Shown here: one piece after another, positions 38,077-46,639 of the stretch
Layout: every line of letters begins with the position of its first letter
How positions within the stretch are numbered: position 1 is the first letter of the stretch
DNA from: a candidate division WOR-1 bacterium RIFOXYB2_FULL_46_45
Lineage (GTDB): Bacteria > Margulisbacteria > WOR-1 > XYC2-FULL-46-14
Reading direction: 5' to 3'
DNA length: 64,000 nucleotides
Assembly (NCBI GenBank): GCA_001771585.1
Contig: MEUE01000001.1
Span: 681,984-745,983, forward strand
Translations under genes and position numbers: made by a program
The notes under the pieces: model-generated
Told to the model about the DNA's origin: nothing
Databases searched by the model: none
Seen by the model: only the letters and a program-made list of their open reading frames with translations

Positions 38077-38909
38077 TTAGAAAGCAACTTGCAAACGTGG
38101 TTAGAGGACTCCTGTTCTTTATCTTTGTAGGCAGACAGGCGAGCTTTTAATTCTTTGAAATCAACCAGGTGTCCGTCAAATTCCGGTCCGTCAACACAAC
38201 CGAATTTAGTCTCTCCGCCGACGGTCACGCGGCAGACCCCGCACATCCCGGTCGCGTCAAGCATGATCGGATTTAAACTGACGATGGTTTTTATCTTTGC
38301 CGGAGCGGTAACGTGACAGACCGCTTCCATCATCGGGACCGGCCCGACCGCGTAGACCAGATTGATTTCTTTTGAGTGGTCCTCGATCATCTCTTTGAGA
38401 ATTTCGGTGACAAAACCCTTCTGGCCGCATGATCCGTCATCGGTGCATACTTTCACCTCACTACTTACTCCTCTCAACTTACTCTCCGATAACAATAACT
38501 CTTTTGATCTGGCTCCGATGATAGTTGTTACCTGATTTCCGGCTTCTTTATATGCCTTGATCGCCGGATAGATCTCGGCAATTCCGACTCCGCCGCCAAC
38601 CACCACCACATGCCCCACTTTATTGATATGCGCAGGAGTTCCAAGCGGGCCAAGCAGGTTTTTTATCTCATCTCCGACCTTAAGGCTTCCCAAAAGCTTG
38701 GTTGAAGCACCGGCTTCTTGAAATATAATAGTTACTTTTCCTGTATTTGTATCTTTGTCGGCAAGAGTCAGGGGAATCCGCTCCCCCTCTTCATTAATTC
38801 GAAGGACTACAAACTGTCCCGGCTTGGCCGATTTGGCGATTAGGGGGGCTTCAACCTCTATTTGAACGATATTTGAAGCAAGACGCTCTTTTGACAAGAT
38901 TTTAGGCAT
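38070..38909 (-). CDS. PyrK-family FAD/NAD(P)-binding oxidoreductase subunit with C-terminal [2Fe-2S] (sulfide dehydrogenase SudB / GltD-partner-like)
   Basis: FAD-binding PGQFVVLRI…RIPLTLAD, NAD-binding VVVVGGGVGIAEIYP, C-terminal Cys cluster GMCGVCRV…FGCVDGPEF. Confidence 0.8.
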   Translation of the reverse strand: MPKILSKERLASNIVQIEVEAPLIAKSAKPGQFVVLRINEEGERIPLTLADKDTNTGKVTIIFQEAGASTKLLGSLKVGDEIKNLLGPLGTPAHINKVGHVVVVGGGVGIAEIYPAIKAYKEAGNQVTTIIGARSKELLLSESKLRGVSSEVKVCTDDGSCGQKGFVTEILKEMIEDHSKEINLVYAVGPVPMMEAVCHVTAPAKIKTIVSLNPIMLDATGMCGVCRVTVGGETKFGCVDGPEFDGHLVDFKELKARLSAYKDKEQESSNHVCKLLSKC

Positions 38910-38915
38910 ACTTTA

Positions 38916-39629
38916 TTATAACACAGAGGCCAAAAGCCGTTTGGTATAATCTTGCGCGGGGGAAGAAAAAACCAGTTCGGCCGGACCCGATTCTATAATC
39001 CGCCCCTTATACATCACCAATATTCTATTACATAAGTATTTTATTACCGAAAGATCGTGGGCGATAAAAAGATAGGTCAAATTCAGCTTACTTTTCAGGT
39101 CTTTCAACAAATTTAGGATCTGGACCTGTGTTTTTAAATCGAGAGCCGAAACGGGCTCATCTAAAATCAGGAATTTCGGCTCTACCGCTAGAGCGCGGGC
39201 AATCCCCACCCTCTGCCGCTCCCCGCCCGACAGGGCGTTGGGATAGCGATTGGCATAATCTTTGGGCAGGCCGACTAATTCCAACAGTTCCGCAACTTTG
39301 GCGTTGGTTTTGTGTATCTTAATTGGCTCTTCGAGTGCTTCACCGATTTTCATCCTTGGATTCAACGAATTCTGCGGATCTTGGAATACGATTTGGGCGA
39401 TTTTCGAAATATTGTAGGGATAGGTCAATGACCTGTCCCTACCCAAGAATTGTAAATCGCCCAAATCCGGTTTTAATAATCCCAGCAGAATTCTCGCCAG
39501 TGTCGTCTTCCCCGACCCCGATTCCCCCACCAACCCGACCGAATCCCCTTCCTCCACAGAAAAGGAAACATTGTCAACGGCTTTAACTTTGCCAAATGAT
39601 TTTGAGATATTTTTTACTTCAAGCAGCAT
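38916..39629 (-). CDS. oligopeptide/dipeptide ABC transporter ATP-binding protein (OppF/DppF-type)
   Basis: Walker A GESGSGKTT, signature LSGGERQRVGIARAL, Walker B FLILDEPVSALD. Confidence 0.85.
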   Translation of the reverse strand: MLLEVKNISKSFGKVKAVDNVSFSVEEGDSVGLVGESGSGKTTLARILLGLLKPDLGDLQFLGRDRSLTYPYNISKIAQIVFQDPQNSLNPRMKIGEALEEPIKIHKTNAKVAELLELVGLPKDYANRYPNALSGGERQRVGIARALAVEPKFLILDEPVSALDLKTQVQILNLLKDLKSKLNLTYLFIAHDLSVIKYLCNRILVMYKGRIIESGPAELVFSSPAQDYTKRLLASVL

Positions 39630-40359
39630 TTAGCACCTTCAAGTTATCAACCAACTCTTTTGTATAAGGATGCTTGGGAGAACTAAAAATATCCGCGACA
39701 AGAGCTTCTTCAACAATCTCCCCTTTTTGCATAACCAAAACTCTGGAACACATCTTGCGGATAATCCCAAAATTGTGGGTTATAAAAATTACCGAGAAAC
39801 CAAGTTTCTCTTTGAGTTCGGAAATTAAATCGAGAATTTCTTTCTGGATAGTCGTATCCAATGCGGTAGTCGGCTCATCGGCGATTAAAATCTCGGGATT
39901 GCAGGCAAGCGCAATCGCGATCATGACTCTCTGCTTCATCCCGCCCGAAAACTGGTGCGGATAATTATTGATTTTATCTTCGGGATCATGAATATGAACC
40001 AGCTTCAAAAGCTCGATCGCACGATCTTTCGCGCGATTGCCGGAGAGGTTTTGGTGCAATCTGACCGTCTCCATTATCTGCTCCCCGATCGTAAAAACCG
40101 GATTAAGCGAGGTAAAGGGGTCTTGAAAGATCATCGAAATTTTAGCGCCGCGGTCGGAAGGAAGAAAATCTCTTCCATCCAATAAAACTCTTCCGGAAGC
40201 AATTTTTACCAAATCAAGAATGGCCAAAGCTAACGTGGATTTGCCGGAACCCGACTCGCCCAAAATACCGAGAGCTTCTTTGTTTTGCAGTAGAAAAGAT
40301 ACGTTTTTGACCGCCCGGACAGAATCAAAATTTACCGAAAGGTTTTGAACCTCAAGCAT
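39619..40359 (-). CDS. oligopeptide/dipeptide ABC transporter ATP-binding protein (OppD/DppD-type)
   Basis: GESGSGKST, FSGGMKQRVMIAIAL, ILIADEPTTALD. Confidence 0.85.
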   Translation of the reverse strand: MLEVQNLSVNFDSVRAVKNVSFLLQNKEALGILGESGSGKSTLALAILDLVKIASGRVLLDGRDFLPSDRGAKISMIFQDPFTSLNPVFTIGEQIMETVRLHQNLSGNRAKDRAIELLKLVHIHDPEDKINNYPHQFSGGMKQRVMIAIALACNPEILIADEPTTALDTTIQKEILDLISELKEKLGFSVIFITHNFGIIRKMCSRVLVMQKGEIVEEALVADIFSSPKHPYTKELVDNLKVLNAA

Positions 40360-40362
40360 CAG

Positions 40363-41274
40363 CTACATCGCCCGCAGGGCGGCAACCCGCTCTTCTATCG
40401 GCGGGTGGGTCGCGAACATGCCCGAAAACCAGCCGCGGGCGGAACCCTTGAACTCTTTCAGCGGATTGATGATATAAAGATGGGCGGTGGCGCGGTTGGC
40501 CGCTTCCAGCGGCTCGGTATCGGCGGTCAGTTTTTCAAGCGCCCGGGCCAATCCTTCCGGATATCTGGTCAAAAGCGCCGCCGAAGCGTCGGCTAAAAGT
40601 TCCCTTTTGCGTGAGATCGCCAGCTGTATTATTTGCGCGATAAGCGGGGCCAAAATCGCCAAAACAATCGCGACGATAAAAAGGATCATCTCAAGCTGGC
40701 CGTTTTTGCTGTCACTGTCACGCTTCCTTCCTCCTCCCCAAAAGCTCCAGCGCAAAAAGAGATCGGATAAAATCAAAACCGTCCCCGCCAAAATTGAAAC
40801 GATCGTCATCAGGCGGATATCGTAATTTTGAATATGCGAAAGCTCGTGGGCGATTACTCCCTCCAGCTCCGCTTTTTCCAGTTTTTGAAGCAGTCCGGTA
40901 GTTATGCAGACCACCCCGTGTTTTGGATCGCGGCCGGTAGCAAAAGCGTTCGGGGCAGTATCGTCAATGATATAAATTTTGGGGAGAGGGATCCCGGCAC
41001 CGATGCATAAATTTTCAACCAGCCGGTAAAGTTCTTTGTTGCTTTCAAACTTAACCTCACGCGCTCCGGAGATTGCCAGGACCAGCTTGTCGCTGTAATA
41101 GTAACTGCCGATACTCATTACAATCGCGATAACGCCGGCAATAAAAAGAGGACCGTAACCCATATCCAATGCCGCACCAATGACATAGCCCAAAATCGCG
41201 ATGACAACGATAAAGCCGAAGATAAAAACCCAGGTCCTGCGCTTATTGGAAGCGATTTGGTTGTAGATATTCAT
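40363..41274 (-). CDS. htpX: membrane zinc metalloprotease HtpX (M48)
   Basis: HELSHIQNYD (HExxH), N-terminal TM pair, C-terminal …NPLKEF…HPPIEERVAAL… typical of HtpX. Confidence 0.85.
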   Translation of the reverse strand: MNIYNQIASNKRRTWVFIFGFIVVIAILGYVIGAALDMGYGPLFIAGVIAIVMSIGSYYYSDKLVLAISGAREVKFESNKELYRLVENLCIGAGIPLPKIYIIDDTAPNAFATGRDPKHGVVCITTGLLQKLEKAELEGVIAHELSHIQNYDIRLMTIVSILAGTVLILSDLFLRWSFWGGGRKRDSDSKNGQLEMILFIVAIVLAILAPLIAQIIQLAISRKRELLADASAALLTRYPEGLARALEKLTADTEPLEAANRATAHLYIINPLKEFKGSARGWFSGMFATHPPIEERVAALRAM

Positions 41275-41280
41275 GCGCCG

Positions 41281-41835
41281 CTAAAATTGGACTTTTGGAA
41301 CCTCTTTGTCGGATTCCTGCGCTTCAAACATCTCTTTGGCGCCGAATTTAAACATGCCGGCTATGATATTTGAAGGAAAAACTTGTATCTTAATATTGAA
41401 ATCGCGGACATTGCCGTTATAAAACCGGCGCGAATAGCTGATCTTGTTTTCGGTATCCGAAAGTTCTCTCTGTAATTCCAAAAAGTTGGTGTTTGCCTTA
41501 AGTTCCGGATAGGCTTCGGCTACCGCAAAGAGCGATTTGAGAGTTGAGGAGAGCATATTGTCGGCCGCCGCCTTTTCGCCAACGCTCCCTGCCTGCATGG
41601 AAGCGGCTCTGGCCTTGGTCACATTTTCAAAGACACCGCTCTCGTGCTTGGCATAGCCCTTTACCGTATTTATCAAGTTCGGGATCAGGTCAAACCTTCT
41701 TTTTAATTGGATATCGATATCCGACCAGGCCTCTTCCACCCGGGTCCTCAAAGTTATCAAGCCGTTATAGATACCGACAATATATAAAACCACCAAAACC
41801 GCGATCGCCAAAACAACCCATAAAACAATGCTCAT
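41281..41835 (-). CDS. lemA: LemA family protein
   Basis: [47 protein letters not shown] is an exact LemA-type N-terminus. Start moved to the ATG with RBS GGAGGAA 5 nt upstream. Confidence 0.8.
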   Translation of the reverse strand: MSIVLWVVLAIAVLVVLYIVGIYNGLITLRTRVEEAWSDIDIQLKRRFDLIPNLINTVKGYAKHESGVFENVTKARAASMQAGSVGEKAAADNMLSSTLKSLFAVAEAYPELKANTNFLELQRELSDTENKISYSRRFYNGNVRDFNIKIQVFPSNIIAGMFKFGAKEMFEAQESDKEVPKVQF

Positions 41836-41924
41836 AATAATTCCTCCTTGCCTGCCGGTAGGCAGGCTTTGGGTAGAATTATAGCATAAGTTATGGTATA
41901 TTGTTGCAAAAGGAGGAAAGAAAA

Positions 41925-42113
41925 ATGGCAATTATTAATGTTGTGGTAGAAGACGGTTGCACCGGCTGCGGGTTATGCGAGCAGATCGCTCCGGAGGTTT
42001 TTGAAGTGTCGGACATCGCCAAGGTAAAAGACGGCGTAGTCGTCAGCCAATTCGAAAGTCAAATAAAAGAAGCGGCCGATTCCTGCCCGGTTTCGGTTAT
42101 TAAGATTTCGTAA
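41925..42113 (+). CDS. small ferredoxin (single [4Fe-4S]/[3Fe-4S] cluster type)
   Basis: [28 protein letters not shown]…[13 protein letters not shown] (CxxCxxC…CP). RBS AGGAGG 5 nt upstream of the ATG at 41925. Confidence 0.75.
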   Translation: MAIINVVVEDGCTGCGLCEQIAPEVFEVSDIAKVKDGVVVSQFESQIKEAADSCPVSVIKIS

Positions 42114-42918
42114 TTTCCCTTATTCCTTCCCCGACAAAATAGAGCGATAGGACCGTTACAAGGATTAGGATTCCGGGAATAATCGCCATCCACGGGGCAT
42201 CCATCAAGTAGGCCTGCGAATCCATCAGCATATTCCCCCACGATGCCGTCGGCGGCTGGACCCCCAAGCCCAAAAATGATAACGCCGACTCGGTTAAAAT
42301 CGCCCCGGCCATCCCCAGCGTCGCCGCGACAATGATCGGGGCCTGAGCATTGGGAAGAATGTGGCGAAAAATGATCCTGAAATCGGAACAGCCGATCGCG
42401 CGGGCCGCTTCGACATACTGCCGTTCACGCAAAGTCAAAAATTCCCCGCGGACCAGCCGCGCCACCCCCATCCACGAAGTTAAGCCAATTACAATCATGA
42501 CGTTATAGATGCTTGGCGTCAGCATAACCTGGATTGTTAAGATTAAAAAGATCGACGGAAAAGCGAGCATTATATCTACAAAGCGCATGATCAATGCGTC
42601 AAGCAGTCCTCCGTAATAGCCGGAAAGCGCGCCGAGCAATGTCCCTATTAAAATGGCAATTGTTACCGCGACAATGCCAACGGTTAGGGAAATTCTTGCC
42701 CCGTACAGCGTGCGGGAAAAGAGATCACGCCCCAAATCGTCGGTCCCGAACCAATGCTTCAAAGATGGTCCCTGGATTTCTTCCTCTATAATTTCCGACG
42801 GATCATACGGCGCAATTATTGGCGCCGCAATTGCCAATATTACAAAAACAAGTAAGACTATCGCCCCAAATTTACTCTTTTGCATATCTGATCCTCGGAT
42901 CAACAATTGCATATCCAA
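42100..42918 (-). CDS. oligopeptide/dipeptide ABC transporter permease (OppC/DppC-type)
   Basis: 6 TM segments. EAA-like loop …ARAIGCSDFRIIFRHILPNA…. Confidence 0.85.
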   Translation of the reverse strand: MDMQLLIRGSDMQKSKFGAIVLLVFVILAIAAPIIAPYDPSEIIEEEIQGPSLKHWFGTDDLGRDLFSRTLYGARISLTVGIVAVTIAILIGTLLGALSGYYGGLLDALIMRFVDIMLAFPSIFLILTIQVMLTPSIYNVMIVIGLTSWMGVARLVRGEFLTLRERQYVEAARAIGCSDFRIIFRHILPNAQAPIIVAATLGMAGAILTESALSFLGLGVQPPTASWGNMLMDSQAYLMDAPWMAIIPGILILVTVLSLYFVGEGIREITKS

Positions 42919-43783
42919 TATCGGCCAATAAATTCCCCAAAATAATCAGAACCGCCGACATGACCACAATTCCCATAATAACCGGATAGTCGCGGGCAAA
43001 GATCGCCTGCACCCCCAGCCGCCCCATCCCCGGCCAGGCAAAGATCGTCTCTATTATAAACGCCCCGCCGAAGAGATCGGGTAACGATAATCCTAAAATT
43101 GTTACGATTGGGATCAGGGCATTGCGCAGGGCGTGCTTAAAAATTACGACCCGCTCCGGCAAGCCCTTGGCGCGGGCGACTTTTATAAAATCCTGGTTCA
43201 AAACTTCGAGCATCGCCGCCCGCTGGTAGCGGGTCAAGCCGGCGAAACTGCCGATCGACATAGTTATGACCGGAAGAATAATATTCCCGGTGGCGGGGAG
43301 CCAGTGCAGCTTAACCGAAAAGAGGAGCATCAGCATCAGTCCGAGCCAGAAGCTGGGGATGGCCATTCCGGCAAAGGAGAAGAATGTTACCGCATTATCA
43401 AACCGGCTCCCCTTTTTTATGGCGGAGAGGACTCCAAGCGGTATCGCAATCAACAAAGTTAAAACATAAGACAAAACCATCAGCAACAAAGTCATCGGCA
43501 GGCGTTCCATTATCTCCGTAATGACCGGCTGGCCGGTCAAGTAACTGACGCCAAAATTAAGCCGCAGGGCATTCCAAAGCCAGCTGAAGTATTGAATATA
43601 AATCGGTTGATCTAATCCCCAATTGGCTCGTACTCGAACCAATTCCTGCGGATCGACATTCGGGTTTATAAACAACGCGGTCGGATCGCCAGGGGCCAGA
43701 TGCATGACGAAGAAAGAAATCAGGGAAACGCCGATTAGAAGAGGGATCAGCTGAAGTAATCTGTTAATAATATAATGGCGCAT
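42872..43783 (-). CDS. oligopeptide/dipeptide ABC transporter permease (OppB/DppB-type)
   Basis: MRHYIINRLLQLIPLLIGVSLISFFVMHLAPGDP is the canonical OppB N-terminus. EAA loop ARAKGLPERVVIFKHALRNA. Confidence 0.85.
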   Translation of the reverse strand: MRHYIINRLLQLIPLLIGVSLISFFVMHLAPGDPTALFINPNVDPQELVRVRANWGLDQPIYIQYFSWLWNALRLNFGVSYLTGQPVITEIMERLPMTLLLMVLSYVLTLLIAIPLGVLSAIKKGSRFDNAVTFFSFAGMAIPSFWLGLMLMLLFSVKLHWLPATGNIILPVITMSIGSFAGLTRYQRAAMLEVLNQDFIKVARAKGLPERVVIFKHALRNALIPIVTILGLSLPDLFGGAFIIETIFAWPGMGRLGVQAIFARDYPVIMGIVVMSAVLIILGNLLADIGYAIVDPRIRYAKE

Positions 43784-43792
43784 TAAACCTAT

Positions 43793-44197
43793 TTAACCCA
43801 AAGCTGATTCAACCCATAAGATAAATCGTTCGGCATGCAAAACAACTTTTTCGGCTTCGTCTTTCGGAAAACACTTGCCCTCATATTCAATCAGATTTTT
43901 CTTTGCGATAAGGCGGCGCAAATGGTTCAGAGCATCCTTCGCTCCTTCCCTGTTTACCAGGGTGGCGGTTAATCCTATTGCGTCATCGTGACTTTTGCTG
44001 GTACTTCTTACCCCATGCAAACAGGCCAGAAGCGCGTCGTTGGCGGAAATTCCCGAGTGTACCGCGTCCAAACCGGCCGCATTCCAATTTTCCGCTTCCA
44101 GATTATCCTTGGCTGATTTAAAAAAGTCGCGGGCTTTCCTTAAAAAATTGATGGAACTTGATTTTTCTACTTTTGCGGTTTGAAACTTATTGACCAT
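43793..44197 (-). CDS. HEPN-domain protein (toxin of a HEPN/MNT type II toxin-antitoxin pair)
   Basis: Rx4-6H motif GVRSTSKSHDDA in a ~130-aa all-helical protein. Overlaps the upstream MNT gene by 11 nt. Start moved to MVNKFQ (44197) to remove the 110-nt overlap of the tabulated ORF. Confidence 0.65.
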   Translation of the reverse strand: MVNKFQTAKVEKSSSINFLRKARDFFKSAKDNLEAENWNAAGLDAVHSGISANDALLACLHGVRSTSKSHDDAIGLTATLVNREGAKDALNHLRRLIAKKNLIEYEGKCFPKDEAEKVVLHAERFILWVESALG

Positions 44198-44804
44198 ACA
44201 CCAATTCCATAATAGTTTTGCCGTACAACAGGCGGCCGCTTTCAACAATGTTTCTAAAAAAAGCGTTTTTACTCTTATATCTTTTCTTGATCTCATTCAC
44301 CGTGAGCGCCAGCGGCGAAATCCCATTCCCAAATTTTTTGGAAATATCAAAATTAAGATTATCAAATATTTTTTCGGCCGCCTCAAGGTCGGCATTTTGA
44401 GGAAAAACCACCAGCAAATCCAGGTCGCTGTTTTCTCCTTCCTTTCCCGCCGCAACACTGCCAAAAAGAATAATGGAGATAACGCGAGGAAAAGCGTTTT
44501 TAATTTTATCGGAAACCTTTTTCAGGAGTGTTTTTTCAAGTTTAAACAGCGGCAGAAGCGCTTCGGAAACCAGTATGTTTTCCGCGTTGATTCTATAAAG
44601 GTTGGATTTGCCGCTTTTGCGCATCAAAACGATTCCGGACTTAAACAGCGCCAGAAGCGACACATGGACTATCCGTTGCGCCAGGCCGGCCGATCGGGCA
44701 ATCTCTCTGCCGTTTAAATCTTCTCCGCTTTGAGCCAAAACCCTTAAAACCTTGAGCTTTGAACCCTGCCCTATAATACTGTTAAATGTTTGGTGGTAAC
44801 GCAT
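44187..44804 (-). CDS. minimal nucleotidyltransferase (MNT) with N-terminal winged-helix HTH fusion (antitoxin partner of HEPN)
   Basis: NTase motif IILFGSVAAGKEGENSDLDLLVVF (GS…DxD). The N-terminal 80 aa, SKLKVLRVLAQSGEDLNGREIARSAGLAQRIVHVSLLALFKSGIVLMRKSGKSNLYRI, has an ArsR/MarR-like wHTH pattern. Start moved to MRYHQTF (44804). Confidence 0.7.
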   Translation of the reverse strand: MRYHQTFNSIIGQGSKLKVLRVLAQSGEDLNGREIARSAGLAQRIVHVSLLALFKSGIVLMRKSGKSNLYRINAENILVSEALLPLFKLEKTLLKKVSDKIKNAFPRVISIILFGSVAAGKEGENSDLDLLVVFPQNADLEAAEKIFDNLNFDISKKFGNGISPLALTVNEIKKRYKSKNAFFRNIVESGRLLYGKTIMELVYGQ

Positions 44805-44929
44805 GGCTATTTTTGTAGCTATATGGCTACTTTTGTAGTTATTATAATCCAAGCTCAGCCTATTTGTCAAGTGCGAAAAACTGAAATTTCCCCCGGTTTT
44901 TGACGATAATAATATAGGAGGGAAAAGAG

Positions 44930-45688
44930 ATGCCAATGAACGTCCGTTTTAATTTAAGCCGCGGAAGAAGTTTCCTTTATCCTCTTGAAACTCTTCCGGT
45001 CAGGATAGCAACCTATTTAAACAGCGGAATTACAGTTAAAATCGGTTTTAGGCCCGAAGGAATCCTTTTTCACAATTCCGGACAAATAATACCGTCCACG
45101 CAAAGATTTAGCAAAAACTTCTTTCAACAAACATCTATTGCGGAAATATCTTTTAGGCCAAACATCAAAGATCCTTTTGATGGCGGAAAAAGGATCGGGC
45201 TTTTTTTGAGGACTGGCGACTTAAAACACATAAAACCTTTTTTGGGGGATATTGTGATTTTACCTCCCGCAGAACAAATTTTACATGATGCGAAACCAAT
45301 CATAAACACTCCCTTTGAATTAGGAACAATCCCGGGAGAGTTTAAGCATTATACCGACTTTAAAATGTTTTGCGCTATCTTGTCCGAACAAACAATTAAA
45401 GCCTTGGGCGGAAAAAAAGACAGAACTCCAAGATTGTGTTTTACCGACTTAAACCTAACTCCCGACAAGGTGTGCGATTATTTTTTTTCGGGGAGCCAAA
45501 GACATGCCAATGATTCGAGGGGGGATTATGTTTTAGGTTTCGATTTGCCACAAAGAACAAAAAGATTGATGGAGCAACCAAAGCCCGGTTCTCCTGAATA
45601 TTGGTTAAGAGAAAATATTAAATTTGGAGATAACGCGGAATTACGCTTTGCCGGTTATAATCCCTTTGCTTTAAGTGCCGTGGCTTAA
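44930..45688 (+). CDS. hypothetical protein (252 aa), convergent with and overlapping the ADP-ribosylglycohydrolase gene by 18 nt
   Basis: Long ORF with no recognised motifs. The strong RBS at 44920-44927 (GGAGGGAA) lies 2 nt before the tabulated ATG at 44930 and 8 nt before the ATG at 44936 (MNVRF…), so 44936 is the better-supported start. Confidence 0.45.
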   Translation: MPMNVRFNLSRGRSFLYPLETLPVRIATYLNSGITVKIGFRPEGILFHNSGQIIPSTQRFSKNFFQQTSIAEISFRPNIKDPFDGGKRIGLFLRTGDLKHIKPFLGDIVILPPAEQILHDAKPIINTPFELGTIPGEFKHYTDFKMFCAILSEQTIKALGGKKDRTPRLCFTDLNLTPDKVCDYFFSGSQRHANDSRGDYVLGFDLPQRTKRLMEQPKPGSPEYWLRENIKFGDNAELRFAGYNPFALSAVA

Positions 45689-46603
45689 AGAATATAATTT
45701 GTCGGCCTTCCTTAAGATTTCTCTTGCGCCCTCAACCTCTTTCCCCCAATGTTTCGGGATCGCCGCTTCCCCATGATAAGCCCCGCTCATGGCTCCAACC
45801 ATACTGGCAATTGTATCGGTATCTCCTCCGCAAGAAGCCGCTTCAACCAATACATTTTCAAAAGAATCAATAAATCTTAAAAAAAGATAAATACTGCTTC
45901 CAACACTTTCAAATACTATGCCGGAAGTTCCAATTTGCGACAAGGCAACAGAAGGAGACAGGTCTTGCGTCAAAAGATCTCCAACCTGGCGCAATTTATT
46001 AGCCATTTCTGAGTCGTCCCCAATATACCCAGCAGTTTCCCGCAAAATAATATTTTGTTCAAAGGTTGAATTAATTATTTTTGCGGTTATATAGGCGACA
46101 CTCAAACTTCCGTTAATGGCCTCCGGTTGTTTGTGGGTTATCATCGCGACAAGCTCGACATTTCTTTTTAGTTGCTCTAGGTTTGCGTAACTAAAAAGAG
46201 CGATCGGAGCAATGCGCATAGCCGCCCCGTTTCCGAGAGAATTATTGTCTCCAACCATATTCCAGGGCCTTCTCTTTAAAATTCTGGTCAGTGCCGTTAT
46301 GGTTGCTTGGCCAAACCCCCGCCCCAGATCCTTATTTTTTTTGAAAGCCCGGCCAAGATTTAAAGCGATATCGGCGGGATCAAGAGATCTTCTTCTAATC
46401 AAACTATCAACAGTTGCCTGTGTTAGTATGGTGTCGTCGGTTACTTGCCCCGCTCTTAATTTCCCTTTTGGGTGAGAATAAAAACGATCGATCCTTGCTC
46501 CACGGATCATCCCTTCGGCCGGCATACCAAGAGCATCCCCAATGGCAGAACCCAACAAGCATCCGCGAAAACGCTGAATAGGGGTTATATTTCTTATGCT
46601 CAC
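45671..46603 (-). CDS. ADP-ribosylglycohydrolase family protein (DraG/ARH-like)
   Basis: RFRGCLLGSAIGDALGMPAEG…D-rich metal-binding C-terminal motif (…GGDTDTIASMVGAMSGA…) is typical of ARH. Confidence 0.85.
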   Translation of the reverse strand: MSIRNITPIQRFRGCLLGSAIGDALGMPAEGMIRGARIDRFYSHPKGKLRAGQVTDDTILTQATVDSLIRRRSLDPADIALNLGRAFKKNKDLGRGFGQATITALTRILKRRPWNMVGDNNSLGNGAAMRIAPIALFSYANLEQLKRNVELVAMITHKQPEAINGSLSVAYITAKIINSTFEQNIILRETAGYIGDDSEMANKLRQVGDLLTQDLSPSVALSQIGTSGIVFESVGSSIYLFLRFIDSFENVLVEAASCGGDTDTIASMVGAMSGAYHGEAAIPKHWGKEVEGAREILRKADKLYSLSHGT

Positions 46604-46639
46604 AAATATTTATCTTTAGAATATGGCCGAAATTTCACC

